64,000 nucleotides of DNA from Acinetobacter phage Acba_11. Both the position numbers and the translations under genes were made by a program. The number at the start of each line of letters is the position of its first letter. Within the stretch, counting starts at the first letter, position 1. Below the pieces are notes generated by a model. The model was not told where the DNA came from, ran no database searches, and saw only the letters and a program-made list of their open reading frames with translations. The DNA lies in the sequence record OQ101254.1; one strand, written 5' to 3'. Below are positions 35,681-44,583 of the stretch, in pieces.

Positions 35681-35842
35681 ATGACAAGGCATGATAAGCA
35701 AATGAACGTTCGTATGGCACATGAAACAGTAAGTGAATTAAAGGAGGTAGCAAAGAAAAATCGTCGATCGGTAACGGCTCAGTTAAATCAAATCATAGAA
35801 GACTGGCTAAAAGAACAGAAACAACAGGATGCGAAAGCATGA
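35681..35842 (+). CDS. Arc-like ribbon-helix-helix repressor, 53 aa (ATG 35681, RBS GGAGGT)
   Basis: NVRMAHETVSELKEVAKKNRRSVTAQLNQIIEDWL. Same length as P22 Arc. Confidence 0.65.
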   Translation: MTRHDKQMNVRMAHETVSELKEVAKKNRRSVTAQLNQIIEDWLKEQKQQDAKA

Positions 35843-35921
35843 AATTAACAGACAACAAAAAAGCCCCTGAATCTTGGCGGATGCGGAGCTTGATTGAAGT
35901 CATAACAGTGAGATATGAACT

Positions 35922-36308
35922 ATGTTAAATATACCATTCGAATTTGATAAAGACAAGGTTCTAGATATTACCGATCTACTGCCAACCATTCCTATTGAGA
36001 TTCTTGAGAAAGTAACAGATCAAAACGGTTCTGTTTCGGCAGATGAAGAAAATTTTCTAAAATCTGTAGGCCGTGCTGCGGAAAATGCAAACCTTCCAGT
36101 TTTAAAGGGATTAAGTGCTATTGGTGTGTTGCTTGCCAACGCAAATGAAGAAATACCGTTAGGAACATTTAATGATGTTGGCTGGTTAATACAATCGCTT
36201 AGCGAACAAGTTTTAGCTATAAGCCATATGCAAGGGTTCGCTGACTTACTTCTTGATGCAAGTAATAAGAACAAAATCTCTAAGGGCAATGGAGGGCTAA
36301 TGTCATGA
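35922..36308 (+). CDS. Hypothetical protein upstream of ant
   Basis: ORF with ATGA coupling to the ant-like gene. Confidence 0.4.
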   Translation: MLNIPFEFDKDKVLDITDLLPTIPIEILEKVTDQNGSVSADEENFLKSVGRAAENANLPVLKGLSAIGVLLANANEEIPLGTFNDVGWLIQSLSEQVLAISHMQGFADLLLDASNKNKISKGNGGLMS

Positions 36309-36844
36309 ATATGCTTATTAACCAAGAAACTTTAATTCCAGTTGTTGATAGAGATATTGGCGGAGAGGTTCAGCCTTCTGTTGATGCACGTGAATTGCAT
36401 AAGTGGCTTAAATCTGGGGAAATGTTTGCCACATGGATAAAAAAACGGATTAAGACCTATAAATTTATTGAAAATGAAGACTATATTAGTTTTTTGGTAA
36501 ACCCCAAAAAACCTAATGGTGGGCGTTCTTCAAGAGAATACATATTAACTATTGATATGGCTAAAGAGCTGTCAATGGTTGAAAACAATGAACAAGGTCG
36601 GGTTGCAAGACGTTATTTTATTAACTGTGAAAAAGCATTGCGACAAACAGCATTTGGATTAATGAACCAATTCAACAGAGCTGTATTAGAGTTTGAGAAG
36701 TTTACTGAAATTGCTTCAAATGCTGGAAGAACATTATGTTTGGTTGGTAAGCAGTACAAACCTCAAGCATTAAGTAAGGTTGAGGAGCTGAAGCAAAAGA
36801 TTACGCCTTTGCTCCCATTCGAAGAAGACGAGATGCAAGCTTAA
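36305..36844 (+). CDS. ant: Antirepressor (AntA N-terminal domain plus KilAC-like C-terminal domain)
   Basis: VDARELHKWLKSGEMFATWIKKRIKTYKFIENEDY (AntA) and ARRYFINCEKAL (KilA-C). Confidence 0.7.
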   Translation: MNMLINQETLIPVVDRDIGGEVQPSVDARELHKWLKSGEMFATWIKKRIKTYKFIENEDYISFLVNPKKPNGGRSSREYILTIDMAKELSMVENNEQGRVARRYFINCEKALRQTAFGLMNQFNRAVLEFEKFTEIASNAGRTLCLVGKQYKPQALSKVEELKQKITPLLPFEEDEMQA

Positions 36845-36940
36845 AAGAATTAAGAACCCGCCAAGTGCGGGTTTTCTTCATGTGACATTTAGTAACCAGT
36901 TTGTTAAAGTTAGTACACTTTATAACAAACGGTGAAATTC

Positions 36941-37447
36941 ATGAAAAAGATTATTTTTATTCTAGCTGCACTAGGAATTATTACAAGTCATGGGTGTATT
37001 ACTATTCCTTCTCCAGAAGAAGTCCAAAGAAATGCTTATAAAGGATATTCTGAAGTGGTAGAACTGAATAGTATTCCTAAAGATCAAATATTTGAACTTT
37101 CAAAAATCTGGATTGCTAAATCTTTTAATTCTGCAAACAATGTCATTCAGTATGCGGATAAAAATACTGGAATAATCATAGGGAAAGGTAACTTTTCTCT
37201 TAAATGCCCTGACAATGTAAAAGGTATGAATTGCTTAGCTTATACATCAACTAAAGCAGAATTTACTTTGAAAATAGAGATAAAAGATGGCAAATCCAGA
37301 TTGACCTTTAGTGATGTACACCAAGCTGTAAATAACTACCCATTTTATGACAATATTTCTAAACCTATTATTGATTCCCAGATTAAAGGGATAGTTAAGA
37401 ACTATGGTCTTGATATCATAAATCAAAAGAATGATTCAAATTGGTAG
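36941..37447 (+). CDS. Predicted lipoprotein (candidate superinfection-exclusion/moron protein)
   Basis: MKKIIFILAALGIITSHGC signal peptide with lipobox-like Cys. Flanked by terminators. Confidence 0.5.
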   Translation: MKKIIFILAALGIITSHGCITIPSPEEVQRNAYKGYSEVVELNSIPKDQIFELSKIWIAKSFNSANNVIQYADKNTGIIIGKGNFSLKCPDNVKGMNCLAYTSTKAEFTLKIEIKDGKSRLTFSDVHQAVNNYPFYDNISKPIIDSQIKGIVKNYGLDIINQKNDSNW

Positions 37448-37547
37448 TAATTTGCTAATAAATAAAAGGTTAAATACTCATACTTAATAGTTTTTAAATA
37501 CCAAATAGCCCACTCATCGAGTGGGTTTTTTAATACCCAAAACAAAA

Positions 37548-37576
37548 CCCCAGTAGCGCTAACTACTGGGGTTTTT
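37548..37576 (+). terminator. Strong intrinsic terminator (9-bp stem CCCCAGTAG/CTACTGGGG plus T5)
   Basis: Precedes the 49-aa membrane peptide gene. Another hairpin lies at about 37509-37531. Confidence 0.65.
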
Positions 37577-37617
37577 CATTCCACCCACCGACGAAAGTAA
37601 GAGGAAAGTAAATCTAT

Positions 37618-37767
37618 ATGGAGCATTTTAAACCAATAGTGGAGCTTATGAAAGTGTCTATTGAAAAGTATGGCTTATGGCAGACAATTATTGCCTTTTT
37701 AATTTTGTTTTCCATACCAATTCTAATCTGGAAATTACCTGAAATCATTGCAGCGATTAAAGCCTAA
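37618..37767 (+). CDS. 49-aa hydrophobic single-pass membrane peptide (below the ORF-track cut-off)
   Basis: MEHFKPIVELMKVSIEKYGLWQTIIAFLILFSIPILIWKLPEIIAAIKA. RBS AAGAGGAAA. Insulated by terminators at 37548-37576 and 37768-37796. Confidence 0.45.
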   Translation: MEHFKPIVELMKVSIEKYGLWQTIIAFLILFSIPILIWKLPEIIAAIKA

Positions 37768-37806
37768 AACCGACCTATCAATGGTCGGTTTTTTATTACC
37801 GAAATT

Positions 37807-38166
37807 TTGGAAGCAAATATGACGGATAAATCCAAATGGTTTGTTTTTAAGAAAAATGATCAAGTTTTTGGATGTTTCAGGATTAAGCCTTTTTCCGATC
37901 CTGAATTTGGTAAAGCCTATAAAATGCTTTGTACCAAAAAAAGTATTTTTAGAATGAGTGCCATGCGATCTGCCCAAGAGTTTGCAAAAATTATCGCAAC
38001 TCATCTTATACAGGATTGGGAAAATATTGAACTTTCAAAAACAGGAATAGCTGGAGAAAAGGAAACACGGTATTCGCCTCAATCGGCCTATCAGCTATTG
38101 ATGTATGGAGATCTAGGGGCTGAGATAACTTCATGGATCTTGGAAAAGTCCAAAAGTATTGCCTAG
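37807..38166 (+). CDS. Second tail assembly chaperone paralog (gpG-like) without frameshift site
   Basis: HLIQDWENIEL...YSPQSAYQLLMYGDLGAEI parallels HLIEDWKGVVF...YSQENAIKLLNLGDLGVAI in the 34203 gene. No XXXYYYZ heptamer near its end. Confidence 0.55.
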   Translation: MEANMTDKSKWFVFKKNDQVFGCFRIKPFSDPEFGKAYKMLCTKKSIFRMSAMRSAQEFAKIIATHLIQDWENIELSKTGIAGEKETRYSPQSAYQLLMYGDLGAEITSWILEKSKSIA

Positions 38167-38226
38167 TTAAGACTCGATTTATTGCCGCCGCTTAAGGTGG
38201 TTTTTTATTGCCTGAAGGAAAGTCAA

Positions 38227-41200
38227 ATGGCTCAAGAAGCTCGCTTAGTAATTGTTATTGATTCGGAACGTGCGAAACGCACTGCACAAGACTTATCAGT
38301 TGAATTGGATAGCATCACCAAAAAAGGGGATTTCGCCTCGAAATCTATGGACCGGATGTCTGTAGCAACTCGTGCACTAGCAGGGTATATGGCTGGTTTA
38401 TTAACAGTAGGTTCAGCCATTTCAAAGATGGATACATATACTGGACTACAAAACCGCCTTAAGTTGGTCACTAATAATCAAGTTGAACTAAATAAAGCTA
38501 CGGAAGACACTTTCCGAATTGCTCAAAAAACCTATTCAGCATGGGATTCTGTTCTACAGGTCTACCAGCGTTTTAGTGATAATGCCAAAACTTTAAACCT
38601 CACAATGGATGACACAGCACGTTTAACTGAAACAGTTTCTAAAGCTGTAGCAATTAGTGGTGCAAGTGCAGAAGCTGCTGATGCAGCTTTAGTTCAGTTC
38701 GGGCAGGCCTTGGCTAGTGGAACGTTGCGTGGAGAAGAACTTAATTCTGTAATGGAGCAAACCCCAGCACTAGCAAAGGCTATTGCTAAAGGTATGGGTA
38801 TTACTGTAGGTGAATTACGTTCAGTAGCAGCTGAAGGAAAAATTACTTCACAAGAAATTGTAAAAGCGCTTAGAAATGTAGAATCTGATGTTGATGCTCT
38901 TTTTGCTAAAACAGATATCACAATCGAGCAGTCTCTCACACTCCTAAACAACGAGATCACAAAATTTGTTGGCGAAGCAGGTAAGGGAAGTGGTGCGGCA
39001 CAGGTATTAGCTGGATCAGTTCAAACTCTTGCAAGTAATTTAGATTTAATTGCTGATGGGGCTTTAGTAGTTGGTATTGGATATATCACTCGTGCAATTT
39101 TGATGAAGAGCGCTGCTATTAAAGAGGGAATGGCTTCAACTTTAGCGAGCCGCCAAGCATCTGTATTAAATGCTCAAGCAGAATATGCAGAAGCTACCGC
39201 TGCTTTGAATGCAGCAAAAGCTCATCTCGCGAATGTGCGAGCAACAAATGCAGAAACCCAAGCTAAATTTGGCGCAACAGCGGCAGCAACTCGATACGCA
39301 CAAGCACAGGCAGCAGTAACTGCTGCTACAAATGCACAAACAGCAGCTCAAATTAAGCTAAATACTGCAACTTCAATTGCAGGGAGACTAGCTAAAGGGG
39401 CGTTTGGATTAATTGGTGGGTGGGCTGGAGTTGCAACATTAGGAGTAATGGGATTAGCGGCAGCCTATTCTTATTTTAATAATAAGGCAGAGGGGGCAAA
39501 GCAAAAGCTTGCTGAACAAGCTAAAGTTGCTGAGAAAGCTGATGAGGAGTTAAAAAAATTAACTGGCAATGATAAGGCTAAAGCAGTTAATGATTTAACT
39601 ACTGCTTTTAATGCACAAAATAAAGCATTAGAGAAATCATCGCGTGCTGTAGGGTCTGCATTAATTGATATCGAGAACTATGCACGAGGAAATAGGGAGG
39701 TTGAAAAAATTTCCCAAGAAGCGAGAACTGGAACTATCAGCTATACAGAAGCCATTGAACGTCTAAATAAAATTAAGTTGCCTACAGATCTATATGAAAA
39801 TCTGAAAAAACAGGCTGCGCAGTATGATGACAATGCATCTAAAGCAAGTTTATCAGCTGAGAAACTTAAATTATTAAGAGTTGAAGTGAAACTTGGAGGT
39901 AATGAAGCACAAAATGCGGCAATTCAGCATCAAAAACAAGCGGATGCTTTAGGAAATACTGCTACTGAAGCAGAAAAGGCAACTAAGGCTTTGCAAGATT
40001 ATCAAGCCAAGCAAAAAGATAGCGTTATTGATTCAATCTATAAATCAGGTTGGCTTGATAAAGGTTACACTGTTGCTCAAGCTAATGCCATTTTAGAACT
40101 GCAAAAAGCTAAAGGAATGAGTGCAATTTTGTCTAAAGATGAAATTGATAGCGCACTTAGAAATCTCAAGATCATCGAAGAACAACAGGAGCGAGAAGAT
40201 AAATTAACTGAAGCTAAAAGAAAGCAAACCAAGGAAAGTGAGAAAAAACTTAAAATCACACAAGCTGAATTGGAAGTAGCCAAGCGATCTGCTGCTTTAA
40301 TTGAATCGAGTGGTTTAGGTAAATATGCTGAAAGCAAAGGGATACCATCAAGTGTAATTGCAGGCTTATTGGCTCAAGAATCTAAAGGTATTCGAGAAGC
40401 TAAGAGTCATACTGGTGCAATAGGATATTTTCAAACAACCAGTGGTTATCGTAAACAGAACAATATGTCTGTTGCTGATAGTTATGACTTGGAAAAGTCG
40501 GGCAAAATTGTAATTGATAATATCGCCAAGGTTTATGAAAAAACAGGTGACTTGGCTCAGGCAATACTTTCCCATAATGCAGGTGAGGGTGGAGCAAGAC
40601 AGTTTACTAAAACTGGCAAGGTTAAAGGCAGTGCAGAGCGAAATAAGGAGGTTTCGCAGTATGTAGCTAAGGTTTCAAGGTATTCCGATATCATTGCTGG
40701 TGGTGTTGGCAAAGGCGGTTTATCCGATGGTGATAGCGATAGAGCCTATGGAAAGCAAATCAAGGCACGTTTAGAGTTAGTTAAGCAAGGTCTAAACCTT
40801 CAAGAGCAATATGAGGAGGAGCAAGCGAAGCGAACCAAGGCTCGTAACGAAGAAATTAACCTTGCGCAACAAACGGGTCAAACAGCCTTAATCCCAAAAA
40901 TTAATGAGCGTTATGATGCTGAAGATAAGTTAGCTCAAAAACAATTTGATTTTGAGGTAAATGGTTATAAGTGGACTGAAGAACAAAAGCTTGATTACAC
41001 ATATGAAACCAATTCATTACGTCTGGTTACTGAGGGGAAATTAACAGAAGAACAGCGCAAAATTGCGATTGATTCGTTTAAGTTACAGCAGCAACAAGAA
41101 TTAGGTTTACTAAAACTTGCTCAAGAGCAACGTCTTTTTCAGGCTAAACAAGCTCTACTGACAGAAACCCAAGCCATGCAGGAACGTTACAGACTCGAAC

Positions 41201-42249
41201 GGGAGGAAATTCTTAAGAATACCAAGCTTTCTATAGAAGAGCGGCAAAAGCTAATCGCATTATCTAAAGCCAATCAGGATAAAGAGACACGCGATAAAGT
41301 GAATAATGCTGTTCAAAACTGGGGTGGTATTCAGGCGAGTATCACTGGTAATAGTGGTCAATTCGCTTTAGAACAGGAGCGCTTTCGCCGTTATGATGCT
41401 TCTCAAAAAGTATTTGATAGCCAGCTTGCTGATATTGAAACTCAGGAACAAGATCCAAATGCAAATATGGTAGCTCTAAATGCACAACGTGAACAAATCA
41501 TGAAGGAGCACTTTGAGCGTTTGAAATTGATTGAATCTACTTATCAAAATGATTCAATGAATCTCCAGTTGGGTTATGGAGCTAGTGTCACAGGGGCATT
41601 GGCTGGCATGTTTAAAAATATGCTTGGTGAGTCATCAAGTGCTTATCACGTTCTTTATGAAAGTCAACGTGCATTCGCATTGGCGCAGGCTGGAATGAAC
41701 ATGTGGAAAGCTGCTTCAGATGCTTACGCAAATGAGCCAGGTACTTGGTACCAAAAAGCGGCAGCAGCAGCGATCGCGACAATTAAATCAGGTACATTTG
41801 TATCTCTCATCCAAGCTGCAACCCCGCAAGGATTTGCGGATGGTGGTTATACAGGTAACGGCCTAAAACACACTCCAGCAGGGATTGTGCATAAAGGCGA
41901 AGTCGTATGGTCGCAAGAAGATATCAAACGCTGGGGTGGTGTTAGCGTTGTTGAAAGTATGCGTCAAAGCAATCCAAGTGGTTATGCGAACGGAGGTTAC
42001 GTTTCTAATAATCAGTCTGATGCTATTGCAATACGTAGAGAGTCTAGACAGTTTGAGGCAATCAACTCTAATCAATCTCAATTGAATACGAACGAAAAGC
42101 CAATAAATGTGTATGTCACTGTTAATGCCGATGGCACAAGTAAAACAGAGACAGAAAACGACTCAAAACAATTGGGCCAAATGATTGGTAATGCAGTAAG
42201 AACTATTATTCGCCAGGAACAAAGACAAGGTGGTTTGTTATCTAAGTAA
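38227..42249 (+). CDS. H: Tail tape measure protein with embedded lytic transglycosylase (SLT) domain (ATG 38227; ORF open from 38182)
   Basis: 1341 aa, Ala/Gln-rich coiled coil. SLT motifs LAQESKG...GYFQ...SHNAG around 40330-40600. Position upstream of the M/L/K/I/J homologs. Confidence 0.9.
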   Translation: MAQEARLVIVIDSERAKRTAQDLSVELDSITKKGDFASKSMDRMSVATRALAGYMAGLLTVGSAISKMDTYTGLQNRLKLVTNNQVELNKATEDTFRIAQKTYSAWDSVLQVYQRFSDNAKTLNLTMDDTARLTETVSKAVAISGASAEAADAALVQFGQALASGTLRGEELNSVMEQTPALAKAIAKGMGITVGELRSVAAEGKITSQEIVKALRNVESDVDALFAKTDITIEQSLTLLNNEITKFVGEAGKGSGAAQVLAGSVQTLASNLDLIADGALVVGIGYITRAILMKSAAIKEGMASTLASRQASVLNAQAEYAEATAALNAAKAHLANVRATNAETQAKFGATAAATRYAQAQAAVTAATNAQTAAQIKLNTATSIAGRLAKGAFGLIGGWAGVATLGVMGLAAAYSYFNNKAEGAKQKLAEQAKVAEKADEELKKLTGNDKAKAVNDLTTAFNAQNKALEKSSRAVGSALIDIENYARGNREVEKISQEARTGTISYTEAIERLNKIKLPTDLYENLKKQAAQYDDNASKASLSAEKLKLLRVEVKLGGNEAQNAAIQHQKQADALGNTATEAEKATKALQDYQAKQKDSVIDSIYKSGWLDKGYTVAQANAILELQKAKGMSAILSKDEIDSALRNLKIIEEQQEREDKLTEAKRKQTKESEKKLKITQAELEVAKRSAALIESSGLGKYAESKGIPSSVIAGLLAQESKGIREAKSHTGAIGYFQTTSGYRKQNNMSVADSYDLEKSGKIVIDNIAKVYEKTGDLAQAILSHNAGEGGARQFTKTGKVKGSAERNKEVSQYVAKVSRYSDIIAGGVGKGGLSDGDSDRAYGKQIKARLELVKQGLNLQEQYEEEQAKRTKARNEEINLAQQTGQTALIPKINERYDAEDKLAQKQFDFEVNGYKWTEEQKLDYTYETNSLRLVTEGKLTEEQRKIAIDSFKLQQQQELGLLKLAQEQRLFQAKQALLTETQAMQERYRLEREEILKNTKLSIEERQKLIALSKANQDKETRDKVNNAVQNWGGIQASITGNSGQFALEQERFRRYDASQKVFDSQLADIETQEQDPNANMVALNAQREQIMKEHFERLKLIESTYQNDSMNLQLGYGASVTGALAGMFKNMLGESSSAYHVLYESQRAFALAQAGMNMWKAASDAYANEPGTWYQKAAAAAIATIKSGTFVSLIQAATPQGFADGGYTGNGLKHTPAGIVHKGEVVWSQEDIKRWGGVSVVESMRQSNPSGYANGGYVSNNQSDAIAIRRESRQFEAINSNQSQLNTNEKPINVYVTVNADGTSKTETENDSKQLGQMIGNAVRTIIRQEQRQGGLLSK

Positions 42250-42260
42250 CGCCTGAACTG

Positions 42261-42353
42261 TTTCCACTTTTCCGTTAATTGGGGTATAGTTTAATTAATA
42301 TGGTCATACTTTAGTTATGGTCCTTAAAAGCTCGCTTATTGCGGGCTTTTTTT
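42261..42353 (+). promoter_or_regulatory. Second late-promoter-like element with conserved box and terminator (copy 2 of 2)
   Basis: TTCCAC (42262-42267), 17-nt spacer, TATAGT (42285-42290). Then TTAATTAATATGGTC...TTAAAAGCTC and GCTCGC-TTATT-GCGGGC plus T7. Near-identical core to 7361-7470. Confidence 0.45.
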
Positions 42354-42366
42354 GTGAGAAATAATC

Positions 42367-42708
42367 ATGAGTGACTTAAAATTTACCTTTGAGTGTGATC
42401 TTGAAGGTAATAATCAAACCCAACGTTTTAATACGTTATCAACAAAATTTGGTGACGGATATGAACAAAATACTTCAATTGGTATAAACAATCGATCTGG
42501 TGAATGGACCTATCAGCGCACAGCTAAGAAAGCTGAAATTTTGGAAATTAAAGCATTCTTTGATAAGCACAAGGGTGCTAATTCTTTTCTATGGGATTCG
42601 CCGTTAGATGGTGAAGTGCGCGTTAAAGCAGGGGATTATCAACCTGTTTGCTTGGGTGGAGATACGTGGCGCATTACAACCACATTTACTCAAGTTTTCT
42701 ATCCATAA
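42367..42708 (+). CDS. M: Minor tail protein, lambda gpM homolog
   Basis: FGDGYEQN / ANSFLWDSP vs lambda M FGDGYSQR / WKSFLWTPP. 113 aa. Confidence 0.8.
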   Translation: MSDLKFTFECDLEGNNQTQRFNTLSTKFGDGYEQNTSIGINNRSGEWTYQRTAKKAEILEIKAFFDKHKGANSFLWDSPLDGEVRVKAGDYQPVCLGGDTWRITTTFTQVFYP

Positions 42709-42762
42709 TTTTTTCTCAACGGCTCCTTAAGGAGCTTTTTTATTGCTTATTGGAGCAGAAAC

Positions 42763-43113
42763 ATGGCTATTAAAACTTTAGATCTTGCTGAAGCATATAT
42801 TGTCGGTGAATTACGCACTCAATTATTAGATGCACGTAGTTTCGGGAATAATTTGCCTGCTGGCAGAATTGAAACTTTAGCGATTAATTATGATCGACCT
42901 TCTGATTCAGTGAATATTGCTGTTACACCAGGTGGTGGTTTAAACGGAAGTATGACTTTACTTGATGCTGACATCACAAAGTGGGCAATTCAAACGATCT
43001 TAAACACAGCTTATCTCTATCAGGTAGATGTAAACACTTTAAGCCTTAAATATGACTTGGCTGCTAAAAAAATTACTATTGAATATACTCCAGTTGTTTC
43101 AGGTCAAGCTTAA
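42763..43113 (+). CDS. Hypothetical protein inserted between the M and L homologs
   Basis: ORF preceded by hairpin at 42734-42753. No lambda counterpart at this position. Confidence 0.4.
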   Translation: MAIKTLDLAEAYIVGELRTQLLDARSFGNNLPAGRIETLAINYDRPSDSVNIAVTPGGGLNGSMTLLDADITKWAIQTILNTAYLYQVDVNTLSLKYDLAAKKITIEYTPVVSGQA

Positions 43114-43122
43114 GGAGGTCTC

Positions 43123-43821
43123 ATGACTTTACAAAGTGACTTCCAGAAACTTGAACCAGGTGGATTAATTCACCTGTATGAATTAGATGCCAGCTCGTAT
43201 GGAGTTGGCATTCTTCGATTTCATGGCCATCAGCAAATGGAAAGTATTTTTTGGCAGGGTCAGGAGTTTGAAGCTATTAGTCTGGATGTCTCTGGTTTAG
43301 AAATGAGATCAGATGGTAAGGCTTCGGCTCCCACATTAACAATCGCCAATAACCTGAACGGAATACAAGGTGCAATTTCAGCTTACTGTCTCCAATGTAA
43401 AGATTTCGTTGGAGCTAAACTCAAAGTTATAACCACACTCACCAAGTATCTTGATGCCAAGAACTTTCCTGAAGGCAATCCAACAGCATCAAATGAATCA
43501 AAAGAGCAGATTTGGTATATCGAGCAGAAAACATCTGAAAATGCTCAACAAGTAACTTTTGAGCTTTCAAACCCGATTGATTTTGAGGGGTTGAGAATAC
43601 CAGTTCGTCAAATTACTTCATTGTGCCATTGGTGCACGATGGGGAAATATCGTGGTGAAGAATGTGGTTATACCGGCGCTGCTATGTTTACAGAAAAGGA
43701 TGAGCCAACTGATAACCCTGCATTAGATCGATGTGGAGGAAGGTTGCGCTCTTGCCGATTACGCTTTGGAGAAAACAAGCCCCTTCCTTTTGGAGGATTC
43801 CCAGCATCAAGCTTAGTTTGA
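43123..43821 (+). CDS. L: Minor tail protein, lambda gpL homolog (Fe-S cysteine cluster)
   Basis: FWQGQEFEAISLD, CHWCTMGKYRGEECGYTGA and C-terminal FGGF match lambda L TWQGRQYQPYPIQ, CTWTYRGDECGYSGP and GNFGGF. Confidence 0.9.
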   Translation: MTLQSDFQKLEPGGLIHLYELDASSYGVGILRFHGHQQMESIFWQGQEFEAISLDVSGLEMRSDGKASAPTLTIANNLNGIQGAISAYCLQCKDFVGAKLKVITTLTKYLDAKNFPEGNPTASNESKEQIWYIEQKTSENAQQVTFELSNPIDFEGLRIPVRQITSLCHWCTMGKYRGEECGYTGAAMFTEKDEPTDNPALDRCGGRLRSCRLRFGENKPLPFGGFPASSLV

Positions 43822-43827
43822 GGTCCT

Positions 43828-44583
43828 ATGAAACTAACAGCAAAAATCAAAAAAGCGGTAATGGCCCATGCTGATGAATGCTATCCGCATGAATGCTGTG
43901 GGGTCATTGTAGACAAGGAATATATCCCTTGTCGAAATGTAGCAAACAAATCAGATCAGTTTGAAATACATCCTGAAGACTTAGCTTTTGCAGAAGACCA
44001 GGGCGAGATATTAGCGTATGTGCATTCCCACCCTGACGGAACTACAAGAGCCTCAGAACTAGACTTAATTCAAATTGAGTTACATCAAAAGCCTTGGGTA
44101 ATTTGTTCCTATCCGGATCTAGATTTTCAAATATATGAACCATGTGGTTATCGCGCCCCTTTAGTGGGGCGTAATTATTTTCACGGTTGGCAGGATTGCT
44201 ACGCTCTTATACGCGATTTTTATAGTCGTGAATTAGGAGTCGAACTTATGGATTTCGAGCGTAAAGATGCTTGGTGGGAAGATAAAGATCATCCATCACT
44301 TTATCTTGAGAATTATGAGAAAGCAGGCTTCTATGAAGTAGATACGCCGCAATATGGCGATATGCTTGTTTGTCGTGTTGGGCGTACTGAACATCCCAAT
44401 CATGCGGTTGTTTGGCTTGGGGATAATGGGCAGCTTAAATCGGAACAAACTGAGCAATGCATAGGTTCAAGTCTAATTCTTCATCATCCATATAATCGTA
44501 AATCTGTTCGTGAAATTTATGGCCAACAATGGCAAGAGCGAACAGTAAAGATATTGAGGCATCGAGATGTTAAAAACCATTAA
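43828..44583 (+). CDS. K: Tail assembly protein, lambda gpK homolog (JAMM/MPN plus NlpC/P60)
   Basis: YPHECCGVI; EILAYVHSHPDG..SELD (JAMM motif); HGWQDCYALIRDFY; PNHAVVW. All parallel lambda K. Confidence 0.9.
   Translation: MKLTAKIKKAVMAHADECYPHECCGVIVDKEYIPCRNVANKSDQFEIHPEDLAFAEDQGEILAYVHSHPDGTTRASELDLIQIELHQKPWVICSYPDLDFQIYEPCGYRAPLVGRNYFHGWQDCYALIRDFYSRELGVELMDFERKDAWWEDKDHPSLYLENYEKAGFYEVDTPQYGDMLVCRVGRTEHPNHAVVWLGDNGQLKSEQTEQCIGSSLILHHPYNRKSVREIYGQQWQERTVKILRHRDVKNH

Noticed and set aside
39166-39351. Minus-strand Cys-rich ORF (MSCCLCICSS...) and other antisense ORFs inside the tape-measure gene (38232..38471, 38694..38960, 40077..40597)
   Set aside because: Antisense reading of the Ala/Gln-rich GCA/GCT/CAG codon runs of the tape measure protein. 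No RBS, low complexity.
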